DNA of 21,512 nucleotides from a virus (Duplodnaviria; Heunggongvirae; Uroviricota; Caudoviricetes): IMG/VR virus record IMGVR_UViG_2681813321_000021; one strand, 5' to 3'. Shown piece by piece: positions 8,655 to 17,960 of this stretch (position 1 is its first letter; each line of letters starts with the position of its first letter). The notes under the pieces were generated by a model. It saw only the letters and a program-made list of their open reading frames with translations, ran no database searches and was not told where the DNA came from. The position numbers and the translations under genes were made by a program.

Positions 8655-9167
8655 TCAGCCAAGCCCAAGCGCGGAACGGATGCGATCGGGCACAATGTCC
8701 TTGCCGTCCTTCCGGTAAATGAAGTTCAGCAGGTCAATCTCCCACAACGGACGATCGTTAACACTCAGCTTGTAGTAGGTGTTTTTAATGGCGTAAGTGT
8801 GTGATGTGGCTTCGCCCTGTTTGGCTTCCCCCATATCAATTTCTGTCACACGTCCGCGCATTTCGACTTCATACAGGTCGCTTTCTGCATCGGTGTAGTA
8901 TTCACCCGCAAAACGCAGCAGCGTGCCGTCAATCGTGCCGCCATACTTAAGGAACAGCTCACGAACTGCGCCCCCCATGACAAAGCTCGCATCAAGCGCG
9001 GAGTCGTCCAGACCGAGATCAATACTTACCGCCCCCATCATGCCACCACCCCGGTAGCTGTCGGTTTTGCGCGTCAGCTTAGGCAAAGTGACGGACGTCA
9101 CCTTACCCACTTCGTTTTCACCATCCACAAACAGCGTAAAAAAGCGAAGATGTTTTGGCACAGCCAT
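8655..9167 (-). CDS. Tail tube protein (P2 FII-like)
   Basis: 170 aa starting MAVPKHLRFFTLFVDGENEVGKVTSVTLPKL..., matching contractile-tail tube proteins of the P2 family. Confidence 0.88.
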   Translation of the reverse strand: MAVPKHLRFFTLFVDGENEVGKVTSVTLPKLTRKTDSYRGGGMMGAVSIDLGLDDSALDASFVMGGAVRELFLKYGGTIDGTLLRFAGEYYTDAESDLYEVEMRGRVTEIDMGEAKQGEATSHTYAIKNTYYKLSVNDRPLWEIDLLNFIYRKDGKDIVPDRIRSALGLG

Positions 9168-10351
9168 CAGGCACCTCCCAGCACCGCAAATGCGGGTTCA
9201 AAGTATTCATCAGTAAACGTCTGGTAAAGCTCCATGTCTTCCAGTGGCGGAACGGGCGTATATTTGTAGCGAATACGCACACGCCCCTGACGTAAATCCG
9301 TGGTGCTGTTATCCACCACGTCATACCAGCACTCCGCGCCAATCAGTTTCCCGGCAGTCACCAGTGAATCCAGTTTTGCCCTGATGGCACTGATAACATC
9401 CTTCACGTTCGCAGGCGTCAGTGGACTGTCGATGGTTTCAAACTGCGCTTCCGCAATTGAATCAGCCAGCACCTGTGCGGTTCGGGTATACACCTCAAAA
9501 ATGTAGGCGTTCGTTTCCGGTGTGCGGTTGCCCCAGAAGCGGAACCCGTTGCGACGAATAATGGTCGTGATTTCTTTGTTGTTGAGGCTGTTGGCATCGC
9601 TGTCTTCGGCCTGCAACGACCAGAACACATGCCTCGACATCCCCAGCACATTTTTAACCGGAACGTTGGACAGCGATTTGTGCCAGCCCTGCTCATGGTC
9701 AATGTACGCACGAAGGCCGCACGCATAAGCAGGCGCGGGGAACGTTTCGTTTTCGCCACTTTTCGGGTTGTAGGCGATGAAGTCCGGCCATAAGAGCATC
9801 ACTTCACGTTCGTTGAATTTCTGGCGGTAGGTAATCGCTTCAGCCATCGTGTTACAGCCGTGACATGAGGCATACACAAATGCGCGCAGTTTACCCGCAA
9901 TCACGCACAGGGATTTTGTCACCGCCTCCGTGTCCAGCTCCGGCGCGGCCAGAATACGCGGACGGTATCCGATGCTTTCATCCTGCTCTGCAACAAGCAG
10001 CGCATACATCCCCGTATAGCTGCCGTCATCCTCAGAACCACCGATAACCAGTTGATCCTGCGTCTTTTCGTCTTCTTCTTTGTGTTCAGCCACGCGAACG
10101 ACGATCACCTTTGTGCTCACCTGGTCTGCGATGGCCTTAAGCGCACGATAAAGCGTCCCCGTTGTTCCGCATTTTCCCAGCACGTCATTGACGCGGGTCA
10201 GCAGTGTGGGCTTGTTCAGCGGGAACAGCTTCGCGTCCGCATCATCCGCCGTTGCCACGATACCGATAACGCTGGAATCAACATCGTTAATCGCTGTTAC
10301 CAGGTCGGTATTTTCCGTAACACGGGCACCATGAAAACGAGTTTCACTCAT
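9167..10351 (-). CDS. Tail sheath protein (P2 FI-like)
   Basis: 394 aa with ...FPLNKPTLLT..., ...HKSLSNVPV..., ...FRFWGNRT... and ...YKYTPVPPLE... motifs that I recall from P2 FI. Confidence 0.9.
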   Translation of the reverse strand: MSETRFHGARVTENTDLVTAINDVDSSVIGIVATADDADAKLFPLNKPTLLTRVNDVLGKCGTTGTLYRALKAIADQVSTKVIVVRVAEHKEEDEKTQDQLVIGGSEDDGSYTGMYALLVAEQDESIGYRPRILAAPELDTEAVTKSLCVIAGKLRAFVYASCHGCNTMAEAITYRQKFNEREVMLLWPDFIAYNPKSGENETFPAPAYACGLRAYIDHEQGWHKSLSNVPVKNVLGMSRHVFWSLQAEDSDANSLNNKEITTIIRRNGFRFWGNRTPETNAYIFEVYTRTAQVLADSIAEAQFETIDSPLTPANVKDVISAIRAKLDSLVTAGKLIGAECWYDVVDNSTTDLRQGRVRIRYKYTPVPPLEDMELYQTFTDEYFEPAFAVLGGA

Positions 10352-10507
10352 AGCTTCAGCCCCTTGTATCCGTTAAATGATTCGGCAACAATCATCACCC
10401 ACCACGCGCGTAATCTCACCCCTGCGCCGTTCTCCCGCCACGGCGACAACAAAAAGCAGTACCCCCCTCCGCACGCACATGCGACCATGCCGCACAGGGA
10501 GGGAAAG

Positions 10508-11617
10508 ATGACCGACACCACCATGCAATTGCTCAGTCAGGGCACAGACCCCGTGAAAATGCCGGATTTTGATATTCTCGCCGAGGGTAAAACGCTGTCC
10601 GGCGTGGCAGAACGCCTGATGAGCCTGTCACTGACCGACAACCGGGGATTTGAGGCGGACCAGCTCACCATCACGCTGGATGATGCCGATGGCCAGTTGC
10701 AGCTACCGCCACGGGGCGCGCGTCTGACGGTTCTCATTGGCTGGAAAGGAGAACCGCTGACAGAAAAAGGCACTTACATTGTTGATGAAATCGCTCACGA
10801 AGGACCGCCGGACAGGCTGACTGTTTCAGCCAGAAGCGCAGATTTTCGGGATGAATTTAACGTTAAACGTGAGGTGTCCTGGCATGATGTGACCGTTGAG
10901 CGTGTGGTATCCGCCATCGCTCATCGGTACGGTCTGAAACCGCAAATCAGCGAAATGCTGATGGATATCGAAATCGACCACGCCGACCAGACCGAAGAAA
11001 GCGACATGTCCTTTCTTACGCGCATGGCGGAAATGCTGGGCGCAATCACCACGGTAAAAAGCGGTAATCTGTTATTCATTATGCCAGGCGGTGGCGTGAA
11101 CGCACAGGGCCAGCCGTTGCCATCGTTCGCCATCACGCGCAGCAGTGGCGATCGCCATCAGTTCCGCATTGCTGACCGCGAAGCGTATACGGGTGTACGC
11201 GCCTACTGGCTTGATCTTAATTACGGGAAAAAGAAAAAAGTCAGCGTGAAACGCCGCAAACCGCCAAAACCCAAAAAGGAGAAAAGCAGCAGCCGTGAAG
11301 GTGATTATATGGAAGGCGCGGAAGGAAATGTGTTTGTGTTACGCAAGACTTATCAGAACGAGCAGGCAGCAAGACGCGCAGCGGCGGCAAAGTGGCAGCA
11401 GCTACAACGCGGAGCCGCATCATTCTCCATCACACTGGCTCGTGGACGCGCAGAACTCTACCCCGAAATGCATGGCACGGTAACAGGATTTAAAAGCGAG
11501 ATTGATAATCAGGACTGGATTATTGCGAAAGCCGATCACACCATTGATAACAGTGGCTTTACCACGCAGCTTGAGCTTGAAGCAAAAATTCCGGAATGGA
11601 TAGCAGAAACAGAGTGA
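10508..11617 (+). CDS. P2 gpD-like late tail protein; start set at the ATG with a GGAGGG RBS, not the listed 10052
   Basis: MTDTT...LSLTDNRGFEADQLTITLDDADGQLQLP...SARSADFR...SWHD... matches the gpD family. The upstream 152 codons of the listed ORF have no RBS and are composition-poor. Confidence 0.85.
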   Translation: MTDTTMQLLSQGTDPVKMPDFDILAEGKTLSGVAERLMSLSLTDNRGFEADQLTITLDDADGQLQLPPRGARLTVLIGWKGEPLTEKGTYIVDEIAHEGPPDRLTVSARSADFRDEFNVKREVSWHDVTVERVVSAIAHRYGLKPQISEMLMDIEIDHADQTEESDMSFLTRMAEMLGAITTVKSGNLLFIMPGGGVNAQGQPLPSFAITRSSGDRHQFRIADREAYTGVRAYWLDLNYGKKKKVSVKRRKPPKPKKEKSSSREGDYMEGAEGNVFVLRKTYQNEQAARRAAAAKWQQLQRGAASFSITLARGRAELYPEMHGTVTGFKSEIDNQDWIIAKADHTIDNSGFTTQLELEAKIPEWIAETE

Positions 11618-11659
11618 GCAACTTAGAATAGCAGCAGCACCACGTTAAGGGAGGTCGCT

Positions 11660-11920
11660 ATGTTCCGTTGTCCGCTTTGTGGCGCATCTGCCCGTATCCG
11701 CACCAGTCGTTCGGAAAATGATTCAAACACCGTACGGAAAAAATATTACCAGTGTAACAACCTGGAATGCGGCATAAGTTTCTCAACACTGGAAGCTTTC
11801 CATAAATTCACATCGAAACACGCCCCCGGCGTTCACTCTTCAGAAGGTATCCCGTGGCATGAGTTGCCAGCTTCACACAGGGGAAACAATCAGATGAGTT
11901 TGCCTTTATCTCAGAATTAA
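11660..11920 (+). CDS. ogr: Ogr/Delta-family zinc-finger late transcription activator
   Basis: MFRCPLCGASARIRTSR...YYQCNNLECGISF: CxxC...CxxC arrangement and N-terminus as in P2 Ogr; lies directly downstream of gpD as in P2. Confidence 0.8.
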   Translation: MFRCPLCGASARIRTSRSENDSNTVRKKYYQCNNLECGISFSTLEAFHKFTSKHAPGVHSSEGIPWHELPASHRGNNQMSLPLSQN

Positions 11921-12110
11921 CAGGCAGAATTGCCGGAGTAACAAAAAAGCGATAGATTACGCGCGGGTGCCTTTCGGCTGATGGTCGGAGGGAATACCCG
12001 AAGGCCAGATGTGGAAAGGCCCCGGAAAACATTTCTGTTTAACCGAGGCCCTAACCGTCTAACCTTAGCAAGTGATAGGTTAGCGCCTCCCTGAAAAAGG
12101 AGCAAGCGCT

Positions 12111-12251
12111 ATGTCGCAAAAATCGCTTACGGCCATCACGTTCTGCGTGACGGCAATCCTCATCATCTGGATGCTGCACGGTTCGCTGTGCGAAATACGG
12201 ATGAGCTTCTGGGGAGCGGAGTTTGCGGCGTTCTTACAGTGTAAGCAGTAA
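12111..12251 (+). CDS. Hok/Gef-family type I toxin (46 aa); not in the ORF track because it is under 60 aa
   Basis: MSQKSLTAITFCVTAILIIWMLHGSLCEIRMSFWGAEFAAFLQCKQ: N-terminal TM helix followed by SLCEIR...E.AAF..C, closest to HokA/Hok as I recall them. GGAGCA RBS 8 bp upstream. Confidence 0.7.
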   Translation: MSQKSLTAITFCVTAILIIWMLHGSLCEIRMSFWGAEFAAFLQCKQ

Positions 12252-12261
12252 GGAAACCGCG

Positions 12262-12281
12262 ACGGGGGAGCAATCCCCCGT
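12262..12281 (+). terminator. GC-rich hairpin just after hok stop (ACGGGGG-AGCAAT-CCCCCGT); possible 3' stem-loop of the hok transcript
   Basis: 7-bp GC stem seen directly; no clear U-tract, so the terminator call is tentative. Confidence 0.3.
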
Positions 12282-12313
12282 CAATCGGTTGCCAGGGTAA
12301 GGTCGATAAGGCA

Positions 12314-12324
12314 CCCTATCTCAC
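12314..12324. repeat. 11-bp direct repeat CCCTATCTCAC, left copy, abutting the left inverted-repeat arm
   Basis: Exact 11-mer also at 13823-13833 in the same orientation, immediately outside the two inverted-repeat arms. Confidence 0.6.
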
Positions 12325-12475
12325 CAATGCCGTTCAGTTAGTTAAGGAATTGAGGTTCGATAGCCCGAACCTCGCGCAGAGGCAATATGACCGAAAGCCT
12401 GATTCCTTAATGCCCAAGATGAGTCTCTATTCATAAAAGCGCTTAACTACTCGACATTGGCGGTGTATCCCCCGC
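12325..12475. repeat. Left terminal inverted-repeat arm (~150 bp)
   Basis: Reverse complement of 13662-13822: roughly 90% identity over the outer ~110 bp by eye (CAATG...GTTAAGGAATTGAGGTTCGATAGCCCGAACCTCGCGCAGAGGCAA...GAGTCTCTATTCATA...), with weaker similarity inward. Confidence 0.7.
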
Positions 12476-12660
12476 ATTGTCTGAATGCCGCCTCTTACCT
12501 TTCGCGGTCAACTGACGACTTCTAGTTCTAGAACGCCTTGATTTTTTGTACTTGTACATTGAAAAATAACCATAAATTGTTAGCCTGTGCAGTAGACTCA
12601 GTGGCGGTAACTGGTCAGCATGAAGTGTAAAGTGAATAACGAAGCTCTAAAATTATAGGG

Positions 12661-12909
12661 ATGGTCATGAATAATAAGCTAAAGGTAATTGAGTTAAATA
12701 GTCTTGATCTGTTTCGTAAAGAATTACTAACTACTATAAAGCCAGAGAAAGTAGAGAAATTACTTAGATGGTATCTTCAATCATATGGCGGTGTTAATTT
12801 CAAGTTCGGTTATGACAGACCAATTTTTAGAGCGCGAAAGTGCCCAAATGAATGCGGATATAATAACATCAGTGAGATATATCCCCTCCACCAGAAAAAT
12901 GTAAAATAG
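12661..12909 (+). CDS. Hypothetical 82-aa ORF; probably the N-terminal part of a frameshifted RES-domain-like gene
   Basis: GGGATGG RBS. Ends at TAG 12907-12909. The downstream ORF is open in the -1 frame from 12876, so the two overlap. Confidence 0.45.
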   Translation: MVMNNKLKVIELNSLDLFRKELLTTIKPEKVEKLLRWYLQSYGGVNFKFGYDRPIFRARKCPNECGYNNISEIYPLHQKNVK

Positions 12910-12914
12910 GCCGA

Positions 12915-13493
12915 ATGAATGATGATGGACAAGCTATCTTCTATGGCGCTTATAGTATCGGAACAGCTTTAGCCGAAATTAATGCAAAAGAAGGGGATTA
13001 TGTTCACATAGCTCACTTTAAGATGCCGGAAAATTCAGAGTCTGGAATGCGATGTTTTGCTATCGGTGAGGTCTTTAATGTGTATCACGGTGTAAATACA
13101 ATTTCAATTGAAGTGTTTAATGAAATTCGCGACATCATTAGCAGAATTGGTAAGGACGACATCCGAGCTTTGCTATCATATTTGTATATGGATGCCCTTT
13201 CTGCTGAGTTGCTTAATAGTATCAATGCCCATGAGGTAAATTATATTTACTCAAGAATTTTTTGCCGTCTTCTTCTTGATAAATACCCTGATGTTGATGG
13301 CCTTATTTATCCTAGCGCTAAAATAAAAGGGGCCTCAAATATCGCTTTGCGCACAGAAACAGTTAAATCGAGAATGCATTTAGTTGCTAATCTTGTGTTT
13401 AAAGTAAATAAAATTTATCCATATGGAATAGTAGATTTCAGTATAGTAAAACAAGCCAAAGGACATACATCAGATGGGCGCATCGTTTGGTGA
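12915..13493 (+). CDS. RES-domain-like protein (putative ADP-ribosyltransferase/NADase-type toxin domain), probably disrupted
   Basis: The frame extends upstream to give ...KIGRMNDDGQAIFYGAYSIGTALAE..., resembling the RES G-R-x-N...Y.A.S...A..E block, and later ...DGLIYPSAKIKGASNIAL..., resembling the RES PS motif. The conserved Arg precedes the only ATG. Confidence 0.45.
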   Translation: MNDDGQAIFYGAYSIGTALAEINAKEGDYVHIAHFKMPENSESGMRCFAIGEVFNVYHGVNTISIEVFNEIRDIISRIGKDDIRALLSYLYMDALSAELLNSINAHEVNYIYSRIFCRLLLDKYPDVDGLIYPSAKIKGASNIALRTETVKSRMHLVANLVFKVNKIYPYGIVDFSIVKQAKGHTSDGRIVW

Positions 13494-13653
13494 GCCAAAC
13501 TTTTAGTTAGCTGATTGAAAAACCGATGCGTCAGTTTGCACTGCATGTGGTGTATGGGAAGCGCGGGCTTGTAGTGCAGGTCATTTCAGAAGAAGCTAAC
13601 GAGAAAGCTTAGACATACTGTGACTACTAAACAAGCAGAAAGCCCGTGTTTAT

Positions 13654-13673
13654 GGGGGGGAGGGGGGGGGGGG
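13654..13673. repeat. Homopolymeric tract G7-A-G12 inside the right inverted-repeat arm
   Basis: Counted directly. The equivalent position in the left arm (12466-12475) has only C5. Confidence 0.9.
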
Positions 13674-13822
13674 CAATCCACACAACAGGCGATGTCGATT
13701 AGTTAATACACTTGTATGAATAGAGACTCATTTTTGTGCATTAAGGAATCAGGCTTTCAGTCATCTTGCCTCTGCGCGAGGTTCGGGCTATCGAACCTCA
13801 ATTCCTTAACTGAACTACATTG
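13662..13822. repeat. Right terminal inverted-repeat arm
   Basis: Reverse complement of 12325-12475; see left arm. Confidence 0.7.
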
Positions 13823-13833
13823 CCCTATCTCAC
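13823..13833. repeat. 11-bp direct repeat CCCTATCTCAC, right copy
   Basis: Exact match to 12314-12324. Confidence 0.6.
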
Positions 13834-14020
13834 AGCTCTAAATGCAAAAATCCCATGAAACTGTGGGTATTTCATCACACACTGACACTGCTCTACCTTT
13901 CTATATGTATCACTCTAAACCAGTTAATCAATTGGCACTTATCAACAACAAAAAATCTGATAAAATCAAAATGTTTTGTAACAAATTTCAGCTTGTAGTG
14001 TTCCAAAGGAGACGGATTAC

Positions 14021-14353
14021 ATGGCATTAATCAAATGTCCTGAATGCCAGAAAGAGGTCAGCGATTCAGCATTATGTTGCCCTGCTTGTGGTAAACAACT
14101 GAAAAAACTTAAGCGTTCATTTTTTGGAAAACTCATTAAATGGGCTTTTATATTTTTTAATATTTTTATGATCTATACACTTTTAGTTGGACTAGGAGGC
14201 GCTGATGAAATAATAAACAATACCACATCCGATGCCGAAAAAGCTGGGGCAGTTATTGGTACGGGCTTAGGTTTAATTGCCATTGGAGGCTTATGGGTTA
14301 TTGGCGATATCATTATCGGAATTTTAGTATTTCTTACTAAACCAAAGGGATAA
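14021..14353 (+). CDS. Small membrane protein with N-terminal zinc ribbon and two predicted TM helices
   Basis: MALIKCPECQKEVSDSALCCPACG (CPxC...CPxCG), then two long hydrophobic Gly-rich segments. Strong AAGGAG RBS 11 bp upstream. Confidence 0.7.
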   Translation: MALIKCPECQKEVSDSALCCPACGKQLKKLKRSFFGKLIKWAFIFFNIFMIYTLLVGLGGADEIINNTTSDAEKAGAVIGTGLGLIAIGGLWVIGDIIIGILVFLTKPKG

Positions 14354-14357
14354 TAAA

Positions 14358-15251
14358 ATGAAAAATATGATTTTTTCTATAGGTGCATTATTTATATCAA
14401 TTAGTGTACTGCCTGTTCACGCAGCAACTGAACATAAGAATTTCAATGCAGTGCTCCAGTGCCGAGCGATAGAAAACAATAAAGACAGACTTTCTTGTTA
14501 CGATAAGTCAATACAACCGACTCGAACGAAAGTTGCTGACAAATTTGAAAGCAGGGATCAATGCCCTGATGAGAAAGATGATGACAAACGTTTATCTTGT
14601 TATGATCGTTTTTTTTCTCCAACATTTACTCCATCTGTAAACTCAAAATCTAAAACGGAAAAGCTAGTAACAACAGAGGCTCAGCAACCAAATCTTTCTG
14701 AAATATCTAAATGCCGAGCAGAAAATGATAAAGAAACCAGACTAAACTGCTACGATAAACTATTCCCACAGGATGAAGCTGTTCAATCTGAATCACAATT
14801 AGAGAAAGCCACAGATGCAGGAAAATGGCACACGTCCATTACTACATCGCCAATTGATGATTCGAAAAATGTAATTTTATCGTTAGAAAGTGATGATTAT
14901 ATCAGAACTCCATTTGGAGAAGCTGTTACTCCCACTCTGTTTATAGCTTGCCGAGAAAAGAAAACCGAAGTATTTCTTAGTTGGGATGTATATTTAGGCC
15001 TTGAACAAACCAGCATGCTGTATCGTCTTGATAAACAGAAAGCAGTTGAAAGAAACTGGCTAATATCTACAGATACAAAGGCTGTTTTTTATAAAGGTAA
15101 TGATATTGATTTCATAAGAAAACTTGCCAACTCACATAAAATGTACACAAAAATAACCCCCTATAATGAAAGCCCTGTAAGTGCAACTTTCAATTTAAGC
15201 GGCCTGTCAAATGCACTAAAACCGCTTCAAGATGCTTGTAACTGGAAATAG
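14358..15251 (+). CDS. Secreted/periplasmic protein of unknown function with three tandem Cys-containing repeats
   Basis: Signal peptide MKNMIFSIGALFISISVLPVHA followed by three repeats (QCRAIENNKDRLSCYDK, QCPDEKDDDKRLSCYDR, KCRAENDKETRLNCYDK) and a ~150-aa C-terminal domain. AAGGGA RBS; starts 4 bp after the upstream stop, so probably an operon. Confidence 0.7.
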   Translation: MKNMIFSIGALFISISVLPVHAATEHKNFNAVLQCRAIENNKDRLSCYDKSIQPTRTKVADKFESRDQCPDEKDDDKRLSCYDRFFSPTFTPSVNSKSKTEKLVTTEAQQPNLSEISKCRAENDKETRLNCYDKLFPQDEAVQSESQLEKATDAGKWHTSITTSPIDDSKNVILSLESDDYIRTPFGEAVTPTLFIACREKKTEVFLSWDVYLGLEQTSMLYRLDKQKAVERNWLISTDTKAVFYKGNDIDFIRKLANSHKMYTKITPYNESPVSATFNLSGLSNALKPLQDACNWK

Positions 15252-15270
15252 TATATACCTCCCCAATATC

Positions 15271-15310
15271 AGATGACAAAACGCCCGTGAAAACGGGCGT
15301 TTTGTCATCT
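15271..15310. terminator. Long perfect hairpin (AGATGACAAAACGCCCGT-GAAA-ACGGGCGTTTTGTCATCT), rho-independent terminator
   Basis: 18-bp stem with a T-run on either strand, 20 bp after the stop of the secreted-protein gene. Confidence 0.7.
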
Positions 15311-15508
15311 GTAACTCGAAAATGTGGTCATTGCGTGGACATACGATGATATAAATCCTTTTATATCAAAAGATTAAACCACTATTATTTTCCTCAACAA
15401 GGATTTTCACGTTTGTGTTACCTGTATGAGACGAGAGTTAACCGGACAAGTGTGCCATAATCTCGCGGCCAGGCATACTTGCGAAGATTTCAGGTATAAG
15501 GATACGTA

Positions 15509-17680
<2,172 letters not shown>

Positions 17681-17840
17681 TTACTCCAGAATGCAGCGCA
17701 AGGCGAGGAGTATCCCCGTCTCATCTCTCTGGTTTCAGGGTTACAGTGCGTTGGCAGGATTTAACGCGTACGTCTTTTCAGAAGGAAATCGACAAAGCGG
17801 GAAGTTTGCCTGGAACTGGCGGCGATTGTCAATGATGTGA

Positions 17841-17866
17841 AAAAGGGAACCATCAGGTTCCCTTTT
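17841..17866 (-). terminator. Rho-independent terminator downstream of fabB
   Basis: AAAGGGAACC-ATCAG-GGTTCCCTTT palindrome with a T-run on the minus strand. Confidence 0.65.
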
Positions 17867-17870
17867 GCGT

Positions 17871-17958
17871 TAGTGCCGGAGGCCGCATTGGCGCGTAACG
17901 TCGGATGCGACGCTGGCGCGTCTTATCCGACCTACTCCGACTACTCCGACCTACTGCG
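17871..17958. repeat. REP/BIME-type repetitive extragenic palindromic sequences
   Basis: GTCGGATGCGACGCTGGCGCGTCTTATCCGACCTAC matches the REP consensus (GCCGGATGCGGCGTGAACGCCTTATCCGGCCTAC), plus a partial copy. Confidence 0.8.
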
Positions 17959-17960
17959 AA

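Larger units (their letters stand above)
12325..13822. mobile_element. Putative non-autonomous cargo element bounded by ~150-bp imperfect TIRs and an 11-bp direct repeat; no transposase inside
   Basis: TIR plus flanking direct repeat seen directly. The interior carries only the RES-like ORFs. Mobility is inferred from the architecture. Confidence 0.45.

Noticed and set aside
9118-9759. Listed ORFs 9118-9342 and 9418-9759 (minus) overlapping the sheath gene
   Set aside because: Out-of-frame overlaps of the well-supported FI gene with low-complexity translations.
10052-10507. 152-codon upstream extension of the gpD ORF
   Set aside because: No RBS, no similarity to gpD, and it runs through the FI start and divergent promoter region. 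The ATG at 10508 has a GGAGGG RBS and begins the gpD homology.
11921-12110. mok-like reading frame and Sok antisense RNA upstream of hok
   Set aside because: Short ORFs exist (for example a 36-codon frame ending just before the hok RBS) but none overlaps hok as mok does, and I cannot define promoter elements confidently; left as a hypothesis in the findings.
12351-12380. tRNA fragment as integration target (GAGGTTCG-GGCTAT-CGAACCTC hairpin resembling a T-arm)
   Set aside because: Stem and loop lengths do not fit a tRNA T-arm, no acceptor or anticodon arms nearby, and the hairpin is duplicated as part of the inverted-repeat arms.
13536-13622. 28-codon ORF (MRQFALHVVYGKRGLVVQVISEEANEKA) in the GC-richer stretch inside the element
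   Set aside because: Too short, no RBS, no recognisable motif; may be a remnant of unrelated sequence.
13654-13673. CRISPR array or other regular short-repeat array
   Set aside because: It is a single homopolymer tract. I found no repeat-spacer periodicity anywhere in the window.
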